Shown: positions 56,328-64,000 of the stretch, piece after piece | Numbering within the stretch: position 1 is the stretch's first letter | Layout: each line of letters starts with the position of its first letter | IMG/VR virus record: IMGVR_UViG_3300042560_001826 | Location: 41,122-105,121 of that record | Length of the DNA stretch: 64,000 bases | Reading direction: 5' to 3' (one strand) | From: a virus | Program-made: the position numbers and the translations under genes | Notes under the pieces: generated by a model | The model's input: only the letters and a program-made list of their open reading frames with translations | Databases searched by the model: none | Told to the model about the DNA's origin: nothing

Positions 56328-57652
56328 TATTCCTCCTTTTTAAGTAGTGATTCTTCTATAATCCAAAGTTTGCAAATCGCTTCTGGCTCAATTATACCAG
56401 AAACAATTTCGCAACCCTGTCCACCCTCATAAAAAACACAGTTGGCACAAATCATGCCCTGTTCTTTAAATGGGTTTGCAGAAGCCGGGGCATAGTGTGC
56501 TCCATCTGCACCAGCAGTTTGGTTCCACTTGCCGAATTCTTCTGCAACATCTTCCAGCGCTTCATAATGAGCTTGCTGTCTATCATTGAGCCTAGTATCT
56601 GGCTCATCTTCCATTTCTTCTTCTGAACCGTTTTCCATCTCGTCTTCATCTTCCGATTCATCTTCCGATTCATCTTCCATTTCATCATCTGATTCCTGTA
56701 CGACTCCATCAGGGATCATTGCAAATCTGCACTTACCATCATCTTCAACCTGCTGCTGGAGAACTTTACATTTACCATTACCAGCATACAAGACACAATT
56801 AGCACACTTTACGCCAATTTCTTTTTCTTCATTTTCTTCACCAGATTCGTAGTCAACCCAGATACCAGTATCTTCTGCATCAAATGGGCCGTATAGCTGT
56901 GCAATTGCTTCAATTGCTTGAGCAAGCATTGCTTCTTCAAACTGAATATCTTCTGCAATTTTATTCATTGCTGAGGATGATGAAACAGTTCTATACTTTC
57001 CACCTCTACGCTTGTATTCACGAACAAGCCAAGCATTAGCATATGCAGATGGATAAACATCAAATTTTGCTTTTGCTTCTGCTTTAACCCTTGCATACAA
57101 TTCTGGGTTAGTTGGTACATTACGAGATGCTTTTTCAACAGTAGAAACATTTATTGGTTTCTTATCTTCTCTTCTTTCTGTTGATTCAGCCCTTCTTTTT
57201 CTTCTAATAGCTGAAGCAATTTGTTCTGGTGTCATTTGAGCAGCTCTTGATGCTGGAACACATTTTGGATATTTACCTTTGTCTGCATCTGGTCTTCCAC
57301 ATGGCTCAAATCCACCGCCAGCTTTTGGCCTAGACAGATCAACCCACTCTTCTTCAAACCATTCTTCTAAACTTTTGACAACATAATCAATTATTTTTTT
57401 ATTTCCCTTTTTCTTTTTTGGTTGCTTGTATCCCTGCTGTGGATTCTTAATTCCAGAGCCCATTGAAGATGTTGTAACTTCATTTTCTTTCTCCATATAT
57501 CCAGCCATTCGCGCTGCAATACCTTGGGCTTGAGCTTTCTTACGTGCTTCTTTCATTGAAGCTTCATTTCCGGGTGTGTAGATATAGCATTTTCCGCTAT
57601 CTCCCCATTTAAAACCCGGATTTTCACCGCTTGAACAATTTTGGATAGGCAT
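56327..57652 (-). CDS. Multi-module protein with two HiPIP-like Cys clusters and an acidic linker
   Basis: WFEEEWVD..PCGR..YPKCVP; YPSAYANAWLVREYK; CANCVLY...C...C and CANCVFY...C...C. Confidence 0.65.
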   Translation of the reverse strand: MPIQNCSSGENPGFKWGDSGKCYIYTPGNEASMKEARKKAQAQGIAARMAGYMEKENEVTTSSMGSGIKNPQQGYKQPKKKKGNKKIIDYVVKSLEEWFEEEWVDLSRPKAGGGFEPCGRPDADKGKYPKCVPASRAAQMTPEQIASAIRRKRRAESTERREDKKPINVSTVEKASRNVPTNPELYARVKAEAKAKFDVYPSAYANAWLVREYKRRGGKYRTVSSSSAMNKIAEDIQFEEAMLAQAIEAIAQLYGPFDAEDTGIWVDYESGEENEEKEIGVKCANCVLYAGNGKCKVLQQQVEDDGKCRFAMIPDGVVQESDDEMEDESEDESEDEDEMENGSEEEMEDEPDTRLNDRQQAHYEALEDVAEEFGKWNQTAGADGAHYAPASANPFKEQGMICANCVFYEGGQGCEIVSGIIEPEAICKLWIIEESLLKKEE

Positions 57653-57673
57653 ATCTTACAAGTGTAGCATCAA

Positions 57674-57964
57674 TTATTGATAATAGCTAACAAGATTTTC
57701 CTTTTCCCAGCGCTGAACCGGTATTTCTACCCTATGAAAAGCATGAAAAGCGTCTTCAGATGAGTAAACTATCCTTGCATAAGCCTTTCTAGCCCCTTCG
57801 TTATAAACTGGACATGCTCCATTGGGGCAAAAGTAGAGGGCTTTGTATTGAAATTTGTCCTCATACCAATGAATTGCATTTACAACTGAAAGAATTTTAT
57901 TACAATATGGGCAAGTTCTTTCTGGATAAGGAAAGTCTTTAATCTTTCCACCTAAAATACTCAT
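57674..57964 (-). CDS. Zn-ribbon protein
   Basis: CPYC...CPNGAC. Confidence 0.6.
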   Translation of the reverse strand: MSILGGKIKDFPYPERTCPYCNKILSVVNAIHWYEDKFQYKALYFCPNGACPVYNEGARKAYARIVYSSEDAFHAFHRVEIPVQRWEKENLVSYYQ

Positions 57965-58305
57965 TCATTTTCCTCATCATCAATTTCTATTTCATCTAAA
58001 TCTTCAATAACTTGAAACTGCTCGTTAAATTCTTCATTTGTATAATCAAATCTATCTTTGCCATTACTATCAAAGATTTTTGTTTTGAGAATATGTGTTA
58101 TTATTTCATCAACTTTGTTCTTAGCAATCTCAATTCCATCCATTAAAGCATTCAGTTCATCTATTGAAATACCGTACTCCTCTGTAGGAGACATAATTAC
58201 AAATGATGGGATATAACCATCCTCAAAAGGAACTGCTTTAATTACAAGCTGGAGAGAAGGTATTTCTTCAAACTCCATTTCATTGTCAAAGTTAACTATT
58301 CTCAT
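57961..58305 (-). CDS. Acidic hypothetical protein
   Basis: Coupled ORF. Confidence 0.6.
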   Translation of the reverse strand: MRIVNFDNEMEFEEIPSLQLVIKAVPFEDGYIPSFVIMSPTEEYGISIDELNALMDGIEIAKNKVDEIITHILKTKIFDSNGKDRFDYTNEEFNEQFQVIEDLDEIEIDDEENE

Positions 58306-58478
58306 TAGCTTTTACTCTTAGTGTCTCTTTTAAAAAATCCAACAAACCAAATAGTTGTTAAAACTAAGAATGCTGAACTAAGAAAATCAATTGAGTAATC
58401 AAAAGCTAGATAAAGCGAATACTTTACCAATAAAGCTGATACTGCAATCCAAATTAGAGCGATAATAAATTTTTGCAT
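58305..58478 (-). CDS. Small two-TM membrane protein
   Basis: ATG 58478 after GGAGG; two hydrophobic segments. Confidence 0.6.
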   Translation of the reverse strand: MQKFIIALIWIAVSALLVKYSLYLAFDYSIDFLSSAFLVLTTIWFVGFFKRDTKSKS

Positions 58479-58694
58479 GGTGACCTCCAGCTGTGAGCAT
58501 AGCAGAAATTTTTCAAATTTCGCACACGGAAGCAAAAAATCTGGTATGCTTCGCATGCCCGCATGCGAGCAAGCTATTACTCTAATATACTCTAGTATAA
58601 CTAGTATACCTACATATACTTAGCATGCTTAGTATGCTAGAGAAATTTTTTAAGTTTTCTACCAAAATAAAAAAAATGGTGGTAATGTATGTGT

Positions 58695-58937
58695 ATGCAG
58701 ATTGTAGCCGTTGTGGAATCCGACGATTATGGCCCCGCTGTAATCATGGATCCGGAGCATATTAGCATTATGCGGTTTGATGACTTCTTCATCGCGGCTG
58801 CCAGATGTGTTTTTACAAACCAACCAATCAGTTGCGAAATTTCTGTCGGCACAGCGAGTGCCTTAATGCGCAAGGGAGTTAGATGTTTTCAGGTTTCATC
58901 AATTGATGAAGATTACACCACAAAGAAAGAAAAATAA
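58695..58937 (+). CDS. Hypothetical protein
   Basis: First ORF of the rightward block. Confidence 0.55.
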   Translation: MQIVAVVESDDYGPAVIMDPEHISIMRFDDFFIAAARCVFTNQPISCEISVGTASALMRKGVRCFQVSSIDEDYTTKKEK

Positions 58938-58940
58938 CTC

Positions 58941-59954
58941 ATGAAAAAAATTAGTTGGTTTAGTTTGAATCGTGAAGACGCTTCGGGTGAAACTTGGTTT
59001 AGTCCTGGTTATATAAACGCTGCTGTCTCAACAATTAGGGCTCTACAAAACAAGAAGTGTGGTGTGTTTTACAATCGCCCAGATATTGATTATCATGTAA
59101 ACTTCTGCCCAGCAACATACTATCAGTATAACTCTAAATATAATGTTGGTTATACACCGTGGGAGTCAACTAAAATTCCAGATCACTGGATTGATAATAT
59201 GCGTCGTTGTGATGAGATTTGGACAACATCAAACTTTGTTAAAAAAGTTTATGAGTCTCATAATGTAAATGCAAATATTCATGTTATTCCACATGGGATA
59301 TCTGAGGATTTTTCAATAGTCGAAAGAGAGTTAACATCAACATTTAATTTTATTCATGTTGGCGGTGATTCAAGAAGAAAAAATGCTCAAATGGCAGTTG
59401 ATGCCTTCTTGGAACTTTATGAAGGCAATAATGACTTTAGATTAATTCTAAAATATGATAAATTCTGTATGGCAGAAGTTTATGTTAACGGAAGACTGCT
59501 TCCAGCATCAATGCATCCACAAATTGTTGCAATCCCAGAATCACTTAGTGTTGATGATTTGGTATCTTTATATCACAAAGCTCATTGTATGATTTATCCA
59601 ACGATGGGTGAAGGGTTTGGTATGATTCCATTTGAAGCGATTTCAACTGGTCTTCCAACAATTGTGACAAATCTTACTGGGTGTGCAGATTTTGCTCAGT
59701 ATGGAATTCCACTTGATGCTGAATATTCAAAAGCAACATGGAATGATTATTATTTTTCAACAGACACTGGTGAATGGGCAAGTCCAGACTTTGATCAACT
59801 TGTTGACTTGATGGAAGATGTCGTAAATGAATACGATGAAGTTAAAAAATCTTTTGTCAAGTCTGCAAAAATTCTTCACTCTGAGTGGTCTTGGGATGCT
59901 ACGGCTGCTAAGATTCTTGAGCGTTTGGATTTCTACGAAAAATCTTTTGCGTAG
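58941..59954 (+). CDS. GT-B (family 4-like) glycosyltransferase, paralog 3
   Basis: WESTKIP..W...DEIW, RKN, YPTMGEGFGMIPFEAISTGLPTI. Confidence 0.85.
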   Translation: MKKISWFSLNREDASGETWFSPGYINAAVSTIRALQNKKCGVFYNRPDIDYHVNFCPATYYQYNSKYNVGYTPWESTKIPDHWIDNMRRCDEIWTTSNFVKKVYESHNVNANIHVIPHGISEDFSIVERELTSTFNFIHVGGDSRRKNAQMAVDAFLELYEGNNDFRLILKYDKFCMAEVYVNGRLLPASMHPQIVAIPESLSVDDLVSLYHKAHCMIYPTMGEGFGMIPFEAISTGLPTIVTNLTGCADFAQYGIPLDAEYSKATWNDYYFSTDTGEWASPDFDQLVDLMEDVVNEYDEVKKSFVKSAKILHSEWSWDATAAKILERLDFYEKSFA

Positions 59955-60029
59955 TCCTTAGTAATCTTTTTTGACTCTGGGCGTTTCATCCAATACAATT
60001 GGTTTCCCTATTTTTTTCAAGGAGGTAGT

Positions 60030-61958
60030 ATGTCACTTTTGACAAATGATTTTATTAATGGTTATAACACGAAGACCCCACCATGGGGCTTCGGAGGTCT
60101 TGGCGAAATTGTTTATTTAAGAACATATAGTAGAAAAATTGAATCCCTTAATCGTAATGAGACTTGGGTTGAAACTGTTAAAAGAATTGTTGATGGCGCT
60201 GTTGAAATCGGCGTTCCATTTAGCCAAGAAGAAGCAGAAAAACTTTTTGATCACATGTACAATCTTCGTTGTACTGTTGCAGGCCGTGCATTATGGCAGC
60301 TTGGAACACCACTTGTTTCTAAATTTTCGGGAACTTCTTTAAATAACTGCTTCTTTACGAATATTGAAAAGATTGAAGATTTTGAGCTTCTTTTTGATTA
60401 CCTCATGCTTGGTGGTGGAGTTGGTTTTTCTGTTGAGAGATCAAAGATTCATGACTTGCCAAAGGTAAAAGAAGTTAAGTTTGTTAAAGCAGAAAGAAGT
60501 AGCGATGCTGACTTCATCGTTCCAGACTCTAGACAGGGCTGGAGAGAGCTTCTTCACAAAGTTCTTGAATCTTATTTTGTTACTGGTAAGAGTTTTACAT
60601 ATTCAACTGTTTTAATCCGAGAGTTTGGTGCTCCGCTTAAGACATTTGGTGGAACCGCATCTGGTCCTGGCGCGCTCGTTGATGGTATTGCAGATATTTG
60701 CAAAGTTTTGGATAATAGAGTTGGTAAGAAATTGCGTTCTGTTGATGTGTTAGATATTTGTAACATTATTGGAAGAATTGTTGTTTCTGGGTCGTCTCGT
60801 CGCTCAGCACAAATTGCAATTGGAGATCCAGATGATGTTCTTTTCTTGAGAGCGAAGAACTGGTCATCTGGCTCAATTCCTGCTTGGAGGGCAAATAGTA
60901 ATAATTCCATCTATGCAGATTCATATGATCAAATTGTTGCAGAGTTGTGGAAAGGTTATGATGGCTCTGGTGAGCCGTATGGTCTTGTAAATAGAAAGCT
61001 TGCAAGAACTGTAGGTAGACTTGGTGAGCATGCACAGGATAATTCAGTTGAAGGATTTAATCCATGTGCAGAAATTGCCCTTGCTGATGGTGAATCTTGC
61101 AATCTTTCAACGATCTTCTTGCCAAATATTGAATCGCTTGAGCAGTTCAAAGAAATTTCAATTCTGCTATATAAGATTCAAAAACAAGTTACTAGACTTT
61201 CATACCCTTATGAAAAGACAAGTAAGATTGTTCAAAAAAATGCAAGATTGGGTCAGTCTATTACTGGCATCCTACAGTGCAAAGAAGAAAAGATTAATTG
61301 GCTATCTGATGTTTATGAAAACCTTAAGAAATTTGATAAGCAATACAGTAAAGAGCATGGATGGAATCCATCGGTTAGACTTACAACGGTTCAGCCTTCC
61401 GGAACATTGTCGCTATTGCCGGGTGTAACACCTGGAATACATCCAGCATTTGCAAAATACTATATCCGCCGTGTTCGTTTCGGTTCAGCAGATCCATTGG
61501 TTGAGGCATGCCGTAAGAGAGGTTATAAGGTTGTCTGGGATGTTGGTCTTGATGGCAGAGAAGATCATACAAGGTATGTCATTGAGTTCCCATGCAAGTC
61601 CCCAGAGGGATCTGTGCTTGCTAGTGAGATGACAGCAATTCAGCAGCTTGAATGGGTTAAGAAAATGCAAACTGTTTGGGCAGATAATGCTGTTTCAGTA
61701 ACTGTTTATTATCGGAAAGAAGAGTTGGTGGAAATTAAAAAGTGGCTGCAGGAGAATTATGATGATTCAGTGAAGTCTGTATCGTTCCTTCTTCATGTTG
61801 ATCACAACTTCCCGCTTCCTCCATATGAAGAAATTAGCGAAGAGGAATATAATAAGATTCTTTCTACGGTTGACTTCTCTATTCCCCTGCAAGATGGCGT
61901 TAATCAAGGAGAAATTGAGCTTGATAACTGCGCAACAGGCGCTTGTCCTATCAAATAG
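60030..61958 (+). CDS. nrdJ: Class II (adenosylcobalamin) ribonucleotide reductase
   Basis: RTYSR, NNC, GGGVG, RRSA, NPCAE, QPSGT, C-terminal CATGACPIK; no beta subunit in the window. Confidence 0.9.
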   Translation: MSLLTNDFINGYNTKTPPWGFGGLGEIVYLRTYSRKIESLNRNETWVETVKRIVDGAVEIGVPFSQEEAEKLFDHMYNLRCTVAGRALWQLGTPLVSKFSGTSLNNCFFTNIEKIEDFELLFDYLMLGGGVGFSVERSKIHDLPKVKEVKFVKAERSSDADFIVPDSRQGWRELLHKVLESYFVTGKSFTYSTVLIREFGAPLKTFGGTASGPGALVDGIADICKVLDNRVGKKLRSVDVLDICNIIGRIVVSGSSRRSAQIAIGDPDDVLFLRAKNWSSGSIPAWRANSNNSIYADSYDQIVAELWKGYDGSGEPYGLVNRKLARTVGRLGEHAQDNSVEGFNPCAEIALADGESCNLSTIFLPNIESLEQFKEISILLYKIQKQVTRLSYPYEKTSKIVQKNARLGQSITGILQCKEEKINWLSDVYENLKKFDKQYSKEHGWNPSVRLTTVQPSGTLSLLPGVTPGIHPAFAKYYIRRVRFGSADPLVEACRKRGYKVVWDVGLDGREDHTRYVIEFPCKSPEGSVLASEMTAIQQLEWVKKMQTVWADNAVSVTVYYRKEELVEIKKWLQENYDDSVKSVSFLLHVDHNFPLPPYEEISEEEYNKILSTVDFSIPLQDGVNQGEIELDNCATGACPIK

Positions 61959-62057
61959 CATTTCAATATGTTCAGTTTTAATATAAATTGGGAAAAGCTG
62001 TACTTGCATTCATCATTTTTGTTCTTTTTATAACAAAAATGGTGTACAATATGTTAG

Positions 62058-62378
62058 ATGACAAGCGATATCGTCAAAAATAAGAAACTTTGGGTTCCCC
62101 CGAGGACATATGGTGTATGTATCTGGATTATGCCAGATGGAAAACCATTATCTGATGGCGACGGTGTGCTGTCAGCTGAAGGTTTTGTTGATGATAAAAA
62201 TATTGAAAAGCGAGTTGCTGAGGCTGCCAAGTATTGGACTGGTAGTAGTGAAGGTCGAATCGCTTGGGTTCATGGTGCAAGAAAAATTTCAGCTAGTGAA
62301 AGGGATGATCAAGTAGAGAGACTTCATAACGGCTTAGTTGCTGATCCGTATGAAGATTTTTTTGACAATCTGAGGTAA
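62058..62378 (+). CDS. Hypothetical protein upstream of the portal
   Basis: Extended -10 TGTACAAT upstream. Confidence 0.6.
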   Translation: MTSDIVKNKKLWVPPRTYGVCIWIMPDGKPLSDGDGVLSAEGFVDDKNIEKRVAEAAKYWTGSSEGRIAWVHGARKISASERDDQVERLHNGLVADPYEDFFDNLR

Positions 62379-62379
62379 T

Positions 62380-63984
62380 ATGAACAAGAAAATGACTCAT
62401 GTAGAAGACGATATTGCTTCTCAAGAAATTGATGATATTGAATATCTTGCTTTAGAATCTAAAACAGTTATTGATGATCCTTTTGCAAAAATTGCATACT
62501 CTACTCTTTCTCCAAAGATGAAAAGAAGAGCCGCAAAACTTTCAAAGAAGTTTGAAGGGGTAGACGGAACATCTACAAAATATATTGATCCGGAAACTCT
62601 TGATGGATATTCTTTATACGATATCGTCAATCCGCCATATGATCTAGATACATTGGCCGGTCTATTTGACTCTAGCTCTATTCACAATGCATCTGTCATG
62701 GCAAGAGTAATGAACACGGTTGGTGTTGGTTTTGAATTTGAAGAGACTACAAAAGCAAAAAGAAAAATTGAAAAATCAATGGGTGACCCAGAAAAGGTCT
62801 CTCGTGTTAGAAAATCCCTTCAAGATGAAAAAGCTAGACTTGACGAAATTTTTGAAAATGTCAATGTTGAGGAAACATTTATTGAAACAATGATTAAGGT
62901 TTGGCAAGATGTTTTAACTGTTGGAAATGGCTATCTTGAGATTGGAAGAAATAATTCTGGTCAAATTGGATATATTGGTCATATTCCCGGAACCTTAGTT
63001 CGTGTAAGGAGAAAGAGAGATGGCTTTGTCCAAATCGCAAGAAGCAATAAAATTTCAGCAGTCTTCTTTAGAAACTATGGAGATCAAGAAACAGAGGATC
63101 CAATTAATAACGATCCAAGACCTAATGAGGTTATTCATTTTAAAATCTACTCTCCTAAGAATACATATTATGGTATTCCTTCTTCAGTTTCAGCTGCTGC
63201 TGCAATTGTTGGTGATAAATTTGCAAAAGAATATAACATTGATTATTTTGAGAATAAAGCAATTCCTCGCTATGCTGTAATTGTTAAAGGTGCAAAACTT
63301 AGTAATCAGTCAAAGCAAGAATTAATTAATTATTTTAGAAAAGAAGTTAAAGGAAGAAATCATGGAACTCTTGTTATTCCTATCCCTGCCTCTATTGGAG
63401 CAGATAGTGATATTAGATTTGAAAAGCTTGAAGCCGGTGTTCAGGATGCATCATTTGATAAGTATCGTAAAGCAAACAGGGATGAAATCCTTGTAGCCAA
63501 TAGAGTGCCAGCACCAAAAGTTGGTGTCTATGACAATGCAAACCTTGCAGTGTCTAGGGATTCTGATAAGACATTTAAAATGCAGGTCGTTGGTCCAGAT
63601 CAATCAGTGATTGAAAAGAGAATTAATCGTGTTCTTGCTGAGTTTACAGATTTATTTATTATGAGATTTAAGAAGATTGACTTGATTGATGAAGATATTC
63701 AGTCTAGAATTAATGATAGATATTTGAGGACAGAAGTTATTGCCCCGAATGAAGTTCGGTCATCACTTGGCTTGCCTGAGAGGGCTGATGGTGATGAAGT
63801 TCTTCCGTTCCCAACAAAGATTAAAAAAGAATCTGGTGCGGGAGCCCCAGTTGGTAATTCAAACAATCAGGCCTCCCAGCCAAGAAATGCAAGGTCGGAT
63901 ACGCCAGAAGGCGCATCTGATCCAAGAGTATCTGGCGATCAAGCAGAGCGCGGAGAGAACCAAGATAATTCAGGAGGACAATAA
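62380..63984 (+). CDS. Portal protein
   Basis: GNGYLEI, EVIHF, YYGIP, YFENKAIP, VP...G, PNEVR..LGLP. Confidence 0.88.
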   Translation: MNKKMTHVEDDIASQEIDDIEYLALESKTVIDDPFAKIAYSTLSPKMKRRAAKLSKKFEGVDGTSTKYIDPETLDGYSLYDIVNPPYDLDTLAGLFDSSSIHNASVMARVMNTVGVGFEFEETTKAKRKIEKSMGDPEKVSRVRKSLQDEKARLDEIFENVNVEETFIETMIKVWQDVLTVGNGYLEIGRNNSGQIGYIGHIPGTLVRVRRKRDGFVQIARSNKISAVFFRNYGDQETEDPINNDPRPNEVIHFKIYSPKNTYYGIPSSVSAAAAIVGDKFAKEYNIDYFENKAIPRYAVIVKGAKLSNQSKQELINYFRKEVKGRNHGTLVIPIPASIGADSDIRFEKLEAGVQDASFDKYRKANRDEILVANRVPAPKVGVYDNANLAVSRDSDKTFKMQVVGPDQSVIEKRINRVLAEFTDLFIMRFKKIDLIDEDIQSRINDRYLRTEVIAPNEVRSSLGLPERADGDEVLPFPTKIKKESGAGAPVGNSNNQASQPRNARSDTPEGASDPRVSGDQAERGENQDNSGGQ

Positions 63985-64000
63985 TGGGTTACGAAATGGG

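Overview
A 64 kb segment of a large, AT-rich tailed dsDNA phage. Two WhiB genes and Gram-positive-type LexA boxes point to an actinobacterial host (inference). 0.3-20 kb (+): replication, recombination and modification genes (DnaB, DnaG, SSB, DnaE, RecA, C5 methyltransferase, Cas4-like, RuvC, glycosyltransferases). 19.8-22.3 kb: terminase. 24-43.5 kb (+): a long run of small early-type hypothetical genes with several paralog pairs, tRNA-Arg and a candidate structured RNA. 51-58.5 kb (-): tRNAs and metabolic or modification genes. 58.7-64 kb (+): glycosyltransferase, class II ribonucleotide reductase and portal. The standout is a ~7 kb island at 43.5-51.1 kb made of stand-alone expression cassettes in mixed orientation. 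Six cassettes encode small basic proteins of two related paralog families, each written with a different base composition. The spacers between cassettes hold about 37 copies (manual count) of the palindrome GTAANNTTAC, plus LexA-type boxes, conserved hairpins and CCGG sites that the genes lack. The same palindrome and a second bipartite motif recur between the terminase subunit genes. All calls come from motif reading by eye; no searches were run.
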